Position numbers and translations under genes: made by a program | Shown here: piece by piece, positions 24,997 to 37,999 of the stretch | Numbering within the stretch: position 1 is the first letter of the stretch | Layout: each line of letters opens with the position of its first letter | Notes under the pieces: generated by a model | Databases searched by the model: none | What the model saw: only the letters and a program-made list of their open reading frames with translations | Told to the model about the DNA's origin: nothing | Source: Callorhinchus milii | Lineage: Eukaryota | Length of the DNA: 64,000 nt | Direction of reading: 5' to 3' | NCBI RefSeq assembly: GCF_018977255.1 | Contig: NW_024704742.1 | Coordinates: 4,590,001-4,654,000, forward strand

Positions 24997-25865
24997 GCCA
25001 ATGTTACCGTTTTTTCTAAACTCCACCAGGGGTCTAAATTTCACTGTATCAGTTAGTATTATTATTAACGTAGCATTTCAGAGCGTTCAGAATTCAACAA
25101 ATTGTTGAAGTCAGTTTTTAATTTGAATCTCATTTTCTGCAGCTCCTGAAAGAACTCGCAGAAAAGCGGCTGAAAAAATTAAGGCTGTGTTTAATAATTT
25201 CCCATGTCCTGGATGCTTTTGAAATGCTCGATCCAGGTGGAATTTTACCCTTGGGTTTGTTATTAATCCCACTTTCCGCCTCTCTCCCCATATCTACGAA
25301 TGTTTATAAACCTGTCAGTGTAGATTGATAACATCCATAGTGTTGAGCGAGATACCTGATCGCACAATGAACCACCACACAGTCAACCCGCACCCGCAGA
25401 CACTTACAAACTAAACCCTTCACGCCCCACAATACGTATTTGGTGGCAACAGTTCCAGCATTACACGTCAGAATAGCACAATGTTAATAACAGGATTATT
25501 GAACAGAACGGTAAAAGGACACGACAACTTAAACGATAATAGTGTTCGGATAACACAGTAAACGGGCTGGCTTGGTGGATTAATATGACTTTTTTTTATT
25601 GTAAAACGTGACCAATAATTGAACACAGTTTGTAATGTAACATAAAACCAAGGTGATCTGCACATAGCACCGGTGATTGTCCCACGTTCAGTTTAGGGTC
25701 ACTGCAAAGACCCACAGCTGAATAATCAATTTATCTGGAGAATTAATGAACAGAGCAAATTCCTTCTCTTTTTAAATAGCGTCAAATGATCTTTAAAGAG
25801 TAAACAGTCAAAACCTTGATTTAATATCTCACCCCCAAAAAACAGCCCTGCAACAATGCAGCTCC

Positions 25866-26122
25866 CCCAACAACAACAACAACGACAACTTGCATTTACA
25901 TAGCGCCCTCCACACCGGATAGAGTCCCGGAGTGCTTAACAGTCTGATCCCGAGCCAGGGGGGAGAGGGAGGGGGGAGGTTATTGTAAGCACGATCAAAA
26001 AAGGAAGGTCTTTAGGCGGGATTTGAAAGTGGGGAGGGAGGGGGCCAGGAGGAGTGATTGGGGGAGAGAGTTCTGGAGCTCTGGGGGATAGTGGCTGAAG
26101 GCACGGCCACCGATGGTGCACG
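25866..26122 (-). mobile_element. L2-type LINE 3' end with (TTG)n tail
   Basis: (CAA)n, then 'cttgcatttacatagcgccc', and 'aagcacgatcaaaaaaggaaggtcttta' shared with 30450-30722. Confidence 0.8.
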
Positions 26123-28926
26123 ACTGCACTCTCATGTCTACAAGCTCAGGTCTCAACAAGTGGCTTGAACGTTCTCAGGCGAAGGTAAGATGGTCACCCA
26201 CTGAGCCATGCTGACTGACACCTTAGAGCCCTACAAGGTAATAAGCATAAAATAAAAAAGGAATATATTACAATGAGTCAGAAATTTGGGGATTAAATCT
26301 TGCTGGAGATCCCATTTCATTTAGTGTTGACTTGAGGTTGAAGGGTTCAGGAACCGAGTACCTTTGGATTCACAAGGCTTTTCACTCTTTCAAGGCCAAT
26401 ACCTGAGTGAGTTTTGCATTCGTACCATGTCTAAATATATTGTCAGGTTGGGAGGGAATGTTAAGCAGCATTGAACTGGTTGTAAGAAGCCACATCTGGC
26501 AATGACAGGAAGGCTGTGGTAATCTAAGACAGACTTGGAGGAGTAGACTGTCCTCAACTGAACAGGCCAAAACCTTAACTCATAGATAGTCTTAGCTGGG
26601 CATTTTTGCCAGGAACAGTACAAGGGACTCATTTCCGAAGGATGGCACCTCCAACAATGGAACAACAATGGCACTGCATTGGAGTACCAGCGTAGACTAT
26701 ACGATTCCTAGTCCCGATGTGGAGCTTCAATGCAGTGTAGAGTCTACGAGTAGTACTACCTCTACCAATAGAGCAGTAATTGCATTTTGGACAAGCACCA
26801 CAAAACCAAAACCTTGACTGTCCCAAAATAAGCTGACTCAAAGGGTATATTGGCTTCTTTCTGACCTCCGGGGGTCAGGCCTGATAATGGACGCAAAATA
26901 AGCAGCCTTCCATTGAAATAACAGAGAAACGAAGAGGTATTGGTAAGCCAATGTGAGGTTTTATTACCATGACTTACTGTGTTTGTGTCTACATTTCTAA
27001 CATCTCTTTCAATTATTCCTTCCCTTCCTAACAGGAAGAGAGTTTTATATAAAATGATCTTTGTTTCTATCAATCTACTAATGTTTTTTTCTTCCTGTTG
27101 GTATGACTAATGGAACAGGCCATTATGATTTTGCGATTAAGAATTGCTCTCCTCCAGACATGGATTCTCCCCACGAAAGTGGCTGTGAATATTTCTGGAC
27201 TTTCTCCTAATCTTCAAAAATAACGTGCAGGTGATTGACACGGATGAGACGGGTTTGCTGACAATAAATGTAGCGTAAAGGAGGGTCTGAGAATGTTAAT
27301 TCAGAATAGACCTAAACATTGTCCTCCAGAGCTAATGAATGCTGGTTCCTTCACGCAGTGGAGAAGTGAGTTCCTGCCTTGACAAGCTCCTCTCCCTGTG
27401 TTGCAGGCCAGGAGCCACGGCATCATTGAGCTGCCAGAGCACCTCTCACGCTGCCAGATAGTACCGCTTCCCACTTGTCAGATGTGCTAGAAAAGATGCA
27501 CGTCTCCTCCGGAATTTCTGAGCGCAACTGAAGCAGCACAAGATGCCCTTTACCACCCACCCCCCCCCTCCCCCACATTCCCCCATTCCCCCACTTTCTC
27601 CCCCTTCCCCCAGCAGTCCAGTTTGGTTATTGGAGCCATGGCTCAGTCAGAAGGAAGAGAAGCCAAGTGTTAAGATGGCGCCATCAACCAGCTAAGGATC
27701 CCACGATAAACACACATGTTTGCCAGACTTTTTCAATATGCTTTGGGAACCTAGAGATCTAGTTACCAAATATTTTGGAGCAATAAAACAGTTCTGCTAA
27801 TAGTAGGAGTGGAATTGTAGGATGTTGCTGGTACAAGTTAGCTGCCGTATTTGCTCACACAGCATTCACTTCAAATTCATTTTGTTCTGTAAAGCGCTTT
27901 TAACTCTGTTTTACGTGAAATGTCTGTACAGTGAATTTAAGTTGTTGCTGGAATTTGAACAGCTGCAAGCGGTACCGGGTACACACAAATAATTCATGTT
28001 GTTGAGCTGCTGCTAAGGATCCTTTTCAAGTGTAGTAATAACTTGCCAAACAGATACTCTGTGAGCAATCCCTTTAGAAGATTATTTTTTAAAAATTATT
28101 GTACGTTTAGCAGATACAAGGAATATACTTTCTCCATCTTGGTATAGATAACAAGATTGATTCGGATGAAGGAAGCCCAACAGTCCATTTGATCTTCCAT
28201 TACTATTATATTACTAATATAAATATATATTCCATTACTACTATATTTTTCCATTGCTGTTCATTAACATTTCTTAGAACAGGTAACACACCTCAGTCAC
28301 AATCTTCACCAACAAATTAACTGCACTTTGTAGCATATTGCTGTGAAATACTTTGACAATTGTTGGTTTGGGAGGTGATATATCAAGTATTAGTTATTGT
28401 AATCTTTAAGGCTGTAGATTTGAATCCCTCTAACTTTCAATTGGGTGCCTTAAACCCTCGAAGATCATGGACATGTTTAATCTAAGTAGTTGTTGGCTAC
28501 TCACGCTTCCTGGTTTCAACATGATTTTTGCATCAAAAATTGAACCAGTTACAGGGAAGTAGCAACGATTGAAAAGAGACCTTCACACTGCTCCAATAGG
28601 CTCCCGATTCCACAATGAAAGAAAAGGTTATTGCCATTCAACTGACAAGCTCTCTCTCTCTCTCTCTCTCTCTCGTTGTCGGTCTTTTCAGTCAAGACAC
28701 CCAGTCACACCCATTGCTGAATGGCTACAGCAGCAACTTTCTTTGCATAAACATAGAAATCTATAGCACAGAAGACGGCCATTTGGCCCATTATCAAGTC
28801 TGCACTGGCTCTCAGAGCAAGCTGTTTATTTCATTCCATTGGCCTGCCTCATTCCCCATGCCCCTTCAAGCCTTTATCTCGCATATGCCTGAATACATAC
28901 CCCTCTTGAAATTGTTTTAAAAAAAG

Positions 28927-29130
28927 TCCTGTAGCTTAGCGGTTAGAGCACTCGCCTCGCAAGAAAGAGGACCTGGGTTCATTCCCCAGCCCCCGGGAGA
29001 AACTCCCTTCTCTTTTCAAATAGTGCCATGGGATCTTTGACGTCCACCTGAACAGGCAGACAAGACCTCGGTCTAATGTCTCCTCCAACCGGACAGCACA
29101 AAGGACGGCACCTCCGACAATGTAACACCA
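28927..29130. mobile_element. Isolated SINE tRNA head (+) fused to an oppositely oriented Deu core (-)
   Basis: 'gtcctgtagcttagcggttagagcactcgc...gggttcattcc' is followed directly by 'ggagaaactcccttctcttttcaaatagtgccatggg'. Confidence 0.7.
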
Positions 29131-30449
29131 TACCAATTAAGGTGAATACCAAGACCTGGATATACGAGCATGTGTTCATGAACCTGGACTCCTTCCAGCA
29201 GCTGTTGATCCTGAATTCCTCATGTGCAGACTTAAAATGTTTTTCCCAACATTGCAGCCTGCCTTGACTTCAGCTTCAGAGCCTGATGCAAATTGTGGAG
29301 AATGTGGAGCGTCGGGAATGCAAAGAGTCAACAACAGTTTGTATTTCTAGAGCACCCCCTCACACAGGATAACATCTGGTGTGAAGCACTTCACTGTGAT
29401 GGGGGTCAGCTGTTGGGCAGAGAAGAAGGAACAGATTATGTAAAATGCTATAATCTTACAATAATAATAATCCTTGCATTTAATATAGGCGCTTTATCAC
29501 GTCGATGAGACGTCCCAAAACGCTTCACAAGATACTTCACTGTAAAGTGTAGTGACTGTGCATTTAGTGGGCGAAATGTGGCAGTCGGTTTGCATACAGC
29601 AATGTCCCACAAACAGCCATGGAGTGAGTGACCTGGTTGACGAGGTAGGTTTCAAGTCGTGATTTAAAGATAGAAATGTGGGTTAGGAGCTTCCGTTCAA
29701 TCAACTAGAAGACAGAGCAAGTGGGGTGAGGTGAGGACTGAGTTCATAGAGCACGTAAAGTTAGTGAAGGTGAGGGCGGCTGAGTTTTGGATTAGCTGGA
29801 GCTTATGGGTGTTGGGACTCGGAAGACCGGCGAGGAGTATGTTCGAAAAGTCTAGGAGGGCGGTTATAAAGGTGTATTAAAGGAGTTGGCAAGCTGATGT
29901 GTTACCTTCTACTGTGGATGCTTCAAAAAAAATGGCTGTTAAAGGGCGTGGGAAGTGAGCAGGAGTGGAGAAAAACAATAGCAAAACTGATTTTGCAGGC
30001 CCAAACGGCCTAATTATATATGACATGCTTTAGTAGCATTCTCTGACAGTATCGGTATAATTATAAATCTCGCTCACTGCACCAGGTACAACATTCCAGG
30101 TTATTAATTTGATGTCATTTGCAACAGGTAGTATGGACGATGCATTTATCTTATCTTAACAATAAAGAGTGACTGCACTGGGAGTGTTGCGTGGAGCTGG
30201 GATGAACAGAGTTATTCATCACCGGCTCTGCGAATGAGCAAGAAATAGACTGTTTGCTTTTGCTTGTGACTAAACTGCTGTATTCCCTGGCACTGAATGT
30301 TCTTCATGTGACTCATATTCTAGTTCACTTCAGCGTTAACCCTTTCTTCACTCAGTGGTGAACCTGGTTAGCGAAACTCTCGGTTTGGTGCTAGCTTCTG
30401 ACTGCTCTAGCGGTAGCGGTGTTCGCTCTGGTAGCTACCACTGCTACCG

Positions 30450-30722
30450 ACAACAACAATTTGCACTTATATAGCCCCCTTCACGTGGGGGAGGTGTCGC
30501 AGAGCGCTTGACAGTGGCGGACAGTGGCCGAGCCAGAGGGGAGGGAGGTGACCGTAAGCACGATCAAAAAGGAAGGTCTTTAGGCCAGATTTGAAAGTGG
30601 AGAGGGAGGGGGCAAGGCGGAGGGATTGAGGGAGAGAGCTCCAGAGTTTCGAGGCCCAGTGGCCACCGATGGTGGAGTGGAGGGGACGAGCGACAAATAG
30701 GAGGCAGTCGAGCGGAGGCAAG
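30450..30722 (-). mobile_element. L2-type LINE 3' end
   Basis: ORF 30467..30721 'LWSSLPQSLRLAPSLSTFKSGLKTFLF' is the L2 ORF2 C-terminus; (TTG)n tail. Confidence 0.85.
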
Positions 30723-30959
30723 AGGGTGAAATACCAATACCTATTTCAAACTTTTGCAAAAAACTTCCTTCGGGTTTGGTTTATTTATATTTAATTTACA
30801 GAATTTTTCTCAGACAAGAGTGTTATTGATCGAATAAAAAAAAACCTCCAGCAGCGCAAACCGGTTAATGTGGTCCAGAATCAAATTTGTTCAAACCCTA
30901 AATATTAAATTTCTTTCCAGCTTCTTTTGGAGGCAGCGACGTATAAAGAGAGACAACTC

Positions 30960-31380
30960 CACAGTCACTGGCAACTCTCCAGCACCTCGTCCAATTGGCT
31001 ATTCTTCGTGTTAGATCGCAGGAAATGAGCGCTAATGGGCCGTTTGACCATTGTGGACATCACAGCAGAGCCTGATCCAGTCCTCGCCTGACACCCACAC
31101 ACATTAATGCACACCTTTAGTTTCAGTGGTGGTGAGACTATTGTATAATTTTACATATGCATTCCATAAACTCAAATTGAAATACACCTTAAAGCACACA
31201 AAAGACATTATAATTGCCACTATTTGTCAATGCGCATAAAGTGCAGGAACGCTGGCTAATTTTTCCCTTCCGAGCAGCGATTTCACTGCTGGACCATGTT
31301 AGACCAACCAAGTCAACACAGGCCAGGGACCAAGCCTGGAATGTTCCTGGTCTGTGTGGCTCGGTACCGGCCGGGGCTAA
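30960..31380 (-). mobile_element. Third (older) tRNA-SINE-like family, interrupted by a local duplication
   Basis: Similar to 32770-33115, 23100-23290 and 49930-50070 ('catcacag..gagc', 'gcaggaa..ctgg...tttccc'). Confidence 0.55.
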
Positions 31381-32769
31381 CCCTTTCTTTAATCCTTAGC
31401 ATAAATATGTTTTCACTGAGGAAAAGGTTAATCCAGATAGTCCGAGTATTGAAAAGGAGCCTGAAGTAAAGATAACTGGTCCCAATGTGTAAATGTGCAG
31501 GTACCTCATGTGCTCCAAGACTCTAACCTGAGTGAAAGGCGTCACATAATTGCAAGTTGTTGTTGTCGTACCATACGCTGTGCCGCTTTGCCGCTTTATT
31601 CTAATTCTCAAACCTCTTCACGGTTACACATGTCGTCCCTTCCCCCCACCGCCTACGCAATCGAAGCAAACCCTATTTTGTTGTCCTCCGATTCTGTGCT
31701 CCTCCGATTCTGATTCCATCTCATCATTGAAGGCTGAACTTTCAGCCACTGCACCCCAGACCTCTGTTCCAAAACCTCTTTGTTTCCTTATCCCTGCCTT
31801 CAAAATAACTTGTTTAACAAATGTTCAACATCTCTATTTGCTTATAGTTCCTTGTCAAAATTGTTATGTGCCCAGCGACGTCCGTTCTACATAGAAGTGA
31901 CTATATAAGTAAGTCCAGGTTTTTGTGGTGGTGAGATTATTGAATAATTTTACATATGCATTCCATAAACTCAAATTAAAATACACCTTAAAAGCACACA
32001 AAAGACATTATAATTGCCTCTGTTTGCCAATGCACATAAAGTTCACAGCAATATTAAAGCCCCATAATTCTTCCCTTTTGTTCACTTTTATTCCACTTAT
32101 TTTAATGTTGTGGCTGTTTACATCTGAGAAAAAGCAACCACTCAGGTTCTGGTGTAATTCAATCTCTCCAGGCAGCATTGCTCCTATTGGGATAACACGT
32201 TTGACTGTTTTTCAAACCTGCATCAGATACACTGTAGTCGTAAACTCTTGTCTAACATCTCCTTGAAGCATTTGCATTTTTGTGAGATTTTTAAAGAAGG
32301 TTAAAGATCATGCAATAAATGTCAAATTAGCTGATTGGATTGAAAACTGCTGGAGCAGCAAGAAGCTTAGGGTGTTGATAAATGGAAAAGGCACCTCCTG
32401 AGGGCAATGATGAGAGTCTCAACAAAGTTTGGATTTAGAAGCAATAGAAATTTACGGCACAGAAGAAGGCCGTTAGACCATCATGTCTGTGTGGTGCATG
32501 TGTAATCTACTCAGGGCATTCACCTGCGCATTTCCCCAAACTCCTTGTTCAAGTGCTCAAGACGTTATTCTACATGAAGGGTGCGTTGTTGTTGTCGGCA
32601 ATATTAAATCTACAGGAAACCAGGCCCTGAACTATGGGATATCGTCTCCAAACCACACAGCCTGAAGGTCGTTACATTGGAACAGATCAGCATGGTGCAC
32701 ATCTATTTAAGCGCTCTGGGACGCTACCCTGCGTGAGAGGCGCTACATAAATGCAAGTTGTTGTTGTTG

Positions 32770-33115
32770 TAACTCGGGTGCCGTTCCATGGGTACTGCTT
32801 GCCGTCCAGTATCACTACCAAATGAGCCCTGTCTTACTCACTTGGCGGTGAGTGTTGGTAAACCACAAAACTGTAGAGGGTATCACAGTTGAGTCTCACC
32901 TCTTCTCAACCAGCTTTCACACTGATGCACGACCAGGAGGCGGTGATGTACAGAGACCAGGAGCAGGAATACTTCCTGGTTTCCCCCTCCCTAATCCTGG
33001 GAAGACCAGAGCCAATTTAGTCTCTTCCCATGTAATCCTGGCACAGGCCAACAAACTGAGCCTGGATTGAGATTCAAACCAGTGAGGTCCTTGGTCTTAA
33101 ACTGCAGCATTGGAA
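32770..33115 (-). mobile_element. Third tRNA-SINE-like family copy
   Basis: 'ccaggagcaggaatacttcctggtttccccctccctaatcctggg', with a B-box-like 'gattcaaacc' near the right end. Confidence 0.55.
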
Positions 33116-36100
33116 CTGATCCCCCTTTTGAAATAATAATAATAATAATCCTTGCGTTTGATATCATGCCTTATCACGTCGAGACGTCTCAAAGTGCTTC
33201 ACTGCAAAGTGAATTGTCTGTATTTTGTGGGTGATGAATGCTATTGTGGGTCCCACATTTTAAATCCACTGAAGCATTCTATTCCAGGTGTCTGTTCACA
33301 CTGAGCAAAAAGCTTTGGACAGAGTGAGCAAATGGGCGAAGGAACAGCAAATGAATTTTAATGTGGACGAAGACAAGGTAATGCATATTGGTAACACGTA
33401 ACAGTGAATGTGTGCACACAATGATAAGCTTAACGGCCTTTTTGTTCTGTATAACAGCCTGTTATACTTATATAGTATCTTTTAGTTAGGAAAACATCCC
33501 AAAGTGCTTCATGTCCACAGAGCGAGAACTCGAGAAAGGGAGTAGCAGTAAAGGTTTTTATAACACAACAGTAAGATAATATTATTATTATGTGGCCTTA
33601 AATTATAATAACCAAGTTATGTCTCTTAAGAACTTGAATTTTGCTTTTTCAGACGCATACCTTTTTAAATAATGTCCCTATGTGATAACAATATTAATCC
33701 TTGCATTTGATACAGCGCCTTATCACATCTTCAAGACGTCTCAAAGTGCTTCACAGAATATACTGTAAAGTGAATTGACTGTATATTTTGTGGGCGAAAC
33801 CCGGCAGCCAATTGCGCACAGCAGCGTCCCACAAACAGTCGTGGATCCATAGCCTTGTAGCATCTACTTTTTTTGACAGGAAGCATAGTAATGTATATAC
33901 AGGAACTGGCTGAATTGAAAATTCATCACACGGTCTCCAGCTGCACCCCAATCCATGTTGGAAAATGTTCTGATAAGGTACAACTAGAGCTGAACTGACC
34001 CAGGCTTTATCCAGTTAAATGAGTTTGTTCGAAAACAAAACAATTAAATAACATGAAGCTGGAAACAAAATACACGAGAGCACAGGGGCTGTGGAGTAGG
34101 AAAATTAAAAAAAGGCTTAAAATTATCTTACAAAGGAGTTCCAAAGATGTTGATGTCATTCACGTTGTCTCAGATCTCATGAGGAAATAACATTACTGAG
34201 GCCTTGCAGTCTCCGGAGTGCTTTCTCTCCAAATGAAAGTTGGCGTTAACGCCAGAATGAAGAATATTGGTTTCCTGTATAATCTCTACAGCCTTGGAGT
34301 CATCTTTTAGGCCATCTTTTTGTTGACAGGAAGCATCATGATGCATATACAGGAACTGGCTGAAATGATAGCCACCTGGCTGAATTGTTAGCACTCTCAC
34401 CTCTCCAACAACCGCAAGTCACATTTGTATCGTGCCTTTCAGGTCAGGAGGACGTCCCAAGGCGCTGGCTGGTCAGGGATCGATCCGCACCTCGGTCAGA
34501 AGATTGCGAGTTGAAGTCCAGGTTGGGACTTGAGTTCATATTGACTAATGGTTCCATTGTAGTGTGGGAGAGTGTTGCATTACCAGCAGCGTTAGTTAAA
34601 GAATATATTACAGTATTTGAAAGATGAAGGGAGTTTCTCCTGTTGTCCTGAACAACTACCCTTCGCATTAATTGGTCATTCACTTGATAGCTTTTTTGGG
34701 ACATTGATGGCGCGAATTCTTGTCATGTTTGACGACAAAATGCAGCCCTACTGCACTTGAAAGTAATTACCTTTGAGATGTTTCTATGTGATGAAGCTCT
34801 AAAAAAAGCACGGCAATTTGTTAGTTACTTTGATGCACTGGATGGCATGATACTGAGTCATAAAGACAAGAAGGTTCCAGGTTCAGTCCCTGGTCTGTTC
34901 TGAATTCAGTGAGGGCAACGGTCAGGCACTACAATTGGCCTCAGTCCTTTGGGTTTTTGAATGCAGGGATTGATCAGACTATGTGCTTCTGTATTTTCTG
35001 TATTTATGTACGAAATGAAATAAAAATTGCAATCATAACAATGCATTTTAAACTTAATTGGCATGTTACTAAACAGCAGACCCTAAAACAGTAAGCCACC
35101 CTAAATAAAAAAGGTGTTCGGACTGAACTAAGGAGCTATATGCTCCTACAAGTTATATTGGGGTCAGTAGATTTATGAGAAGCATCAGCCTCACAGATTT
35201 ATTGTGCTGGCAAGTTTCAGCACTTGACTGTCAAAGTGCAGCCATGAATCTTCAATGTCATTGTAAGACTCCAGTTTCAAAGACTTTTAACTTAAATTAA
35301 ATGGATCTTTCCCTTCAAGTAACATTCACTCCCTTTGAAATACTACACCTCCATCCTTTCTGTCCAAAAGATACACGGTCTAAAGACATATTTGATCCAC
35401 TGGGAACATGGACGCATCTCTCAACTAGATCTTCGAGGAACCTGGATGCAGACTCCCTCCCCCAACACATACTCGCAATACCAACTGAGGGAATCAGTCT
35501 CACTGGACTACTAGAGATGGTTACCTTTCCAGCTGGAGAGATGCATCCTCCCTCCCTGCCTCCCTCCCTCCCTCCCTTCCCTCCCTCTCTCCTTCCCTCC
35601 CATCACTCTCCCACAAATATACGGTCAATTCACTTTACAGTCTATTCTGTGAAGCGCTTTGAGACGTCGAGAAGATGTAAAAAGCACTATATCAATTGCA
35701 AGGATTATTTATTATTATTATTATCACTCGAGGTTTCACTGTACTATCTTTCCCTCCCTATAGACAGAAGCAAAAATCGAAAACAGACCCCACCCGCCCC
35801 CACCTTTGGCTGCCATCCATAGAATCATCATTCCATCAAAAATTTATACAATGACCTAATAATAATACTTGCATTTGATGTAGCGCCTTTGAAATTGGAA
35901 GGGTGCCTTGGGACATTATATAAATGCGAGTTGATGTTGTCTCAATGGCTTCTTAGGGACTGCTGTTAACGTGTAGTGACTCTATATATCGTTTTGTAGG
36001 TGAAGATGCCACCCGATTGACACCGTGCAATGTTCCACCAACAGCCATGAAGTGAATGACGAGCTTTGCTGGGAGAACCAATTTGTAGTTGGCCAAGGCA

Positions 36101-36671
36101 CCAGGAGAAATTCCCTTCTTTTTTCAAATAGCGCCAATGGGATTTTTAATGTCAGGCAGATAGGACTTTGGTTTTATCTAAAGGATGGCACCTCTGAGAA
36201 TGCAGACACTCCTCTGCCCCCAGCACTGCACTGCAGCGTTAGCCTATGAATTCGAAGTCCTCATGAGGGGCTTGAATTCACAACCTTCCGATCCGATAGA
36301 GAGACGAGAGAGTAACAGTGTACAAGTCGAATACCTCGGAAATCGCACCTTCGTGTTGAACAGTAAAAATAAGAACCTGTTTGAAATTTAAATGCGAGCA
36401 ATCAACATTTCTACGCCTTGAATTTTCGCCAAATTTCGGATATTCCCGTTGTGAGGCTCAATCGTTGAAAATCTCCGAGAACAATTTAATTGCACGACTT
36501 AGAGGAACGCTAATTTGTGCACGACTTTATAGCAATATTTGTCGTCTTAATAGCGTATACCTTGGACAGTAAAATAAAATGATAATATTCCTTGCATTTG
36601 ATATAGTGCCTTATCACTTTATCGACATCTCACAGGAATTACTGTCGAATGTAGTGACTGTGTATTTCGTA

Positions 36672-36766
36672 TTACCCACTGATAATGACTTTTAACAGTA
36701 ATTATCCAACACGGAGTAATGATTACACGTTAGATAATCACTGTAAAAGTCATTATCTGGCAGTAA
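36672..36766. repeat. Imperfect palindrome / long hairpin
   Basis: gataatgacttttaacagtaattatccaac (36681-36710) pairs with gttagataatcactgtaaaagtcattatc (36729-36757). Confidence 0.85.
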
Positions 36767-37999
36767 AAGCCATTTGAACGGGAGCGCGAGAGCTATTTGT
36801 GAAATACTATATGAAAGTAACATGTCATTTAATGCGTGGGGTAAATAAATACGTGGGGTAAAGCTTACATCAGAATGTAAGCCACCAGGACAGTGTGATG
36901 CTAATGGAGTCGCCTGCCTTGGTCAGAGCCTCATAAATAATGCACCGCACACTTTGCCATTCATGGTGTGGCCCTTCCTCACTGGTGGGTTGAGACTACA
37001 GTAGTTACGCCGACGTGAATATAGCTTTCGAACGGGAGAAAGACCACCCCCCCCCGCCCCCCCACCACCACCACCACCAACCTTTTCCGAATCGTGCAGG
37101 TGCCGACAGGCTCCGCTGGCTGGTCTTCTGGTTCCACATGGCTACAGCCAGCTGGGGGGGGAGGGGTGGTATTTGTCTCGCATTTAAAGGCGTACAAAAC
37201 CCAGGGGAGGGGAAACACAGTTCGAAACGTTCAATCGGGAGACGTGAGAAGATTGCGGGGGGTGGGGGGGGGGGGGTGGGGGGGAAAGGGGAGGAGAGGA
37301 GAAGGGGGGAGAGGATAGGGCTCCGATATTACAGAGCGAAACCTGGGAAAATGCTCTTATTCTCAGAGTCAGACGGAATGATTTACTCCCAGTGGTAATT
37401 TGCAAACACTTGAACAGCAGTTCGCAGTTCAGAATCTGCAGCGCAAGGTGATGCCTGTTTTTACTTTTCCTCCTATTTCTACTTTATTTTACAAAGAGCC
37501 ATGTGATCCTCATGCCCTCCCCCACCCCCCCCCCCATTCGAGGATGCAATCTAACACGGGGTAATGACTGCGTGTAGGAACCCGGTTGTTAAGTCGATTG
37601 GCGGATCGCTTTCCGGGGGTAATAAACCCTCCAAAAATAATAATAATTCGGTCACTCGATCCGCGACCGTTTGTGGGGCACTGCCGCGAGCAATCGGCTG
37701 TCGCTCGCGTTCTGCCCACAAAAGACACAGTCACGACCCTCGCACAGTGCACATTTATTCTGTGAAGCGCTTTGAGAACATCTCGACGAGGTGATTGGGC
37801 GCTGGATCAAATGCAAGGATTATTCTCGGACTATTACTGTTGCTCGTCCTCGTCCTAACTCGGCCACTGGTTTATTAACCTTCTGCCCCACCCCTCTCCC
37901 CTAATGCTACACATGAGGGTTTGTTTTGTTTTGTTTTTAAAAAAAAACCTTTCATCTTTACGAGATAAAGCTTCTCACAGGAGCTGGTTGTTAACTGCT

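Noticed and set aside
26861..26878. Everted nuclear-receptor half sites TGACCT-ccgg-GGGTCA
   Set aside because: A short motif of this kind is expected by chance in 64 kb.
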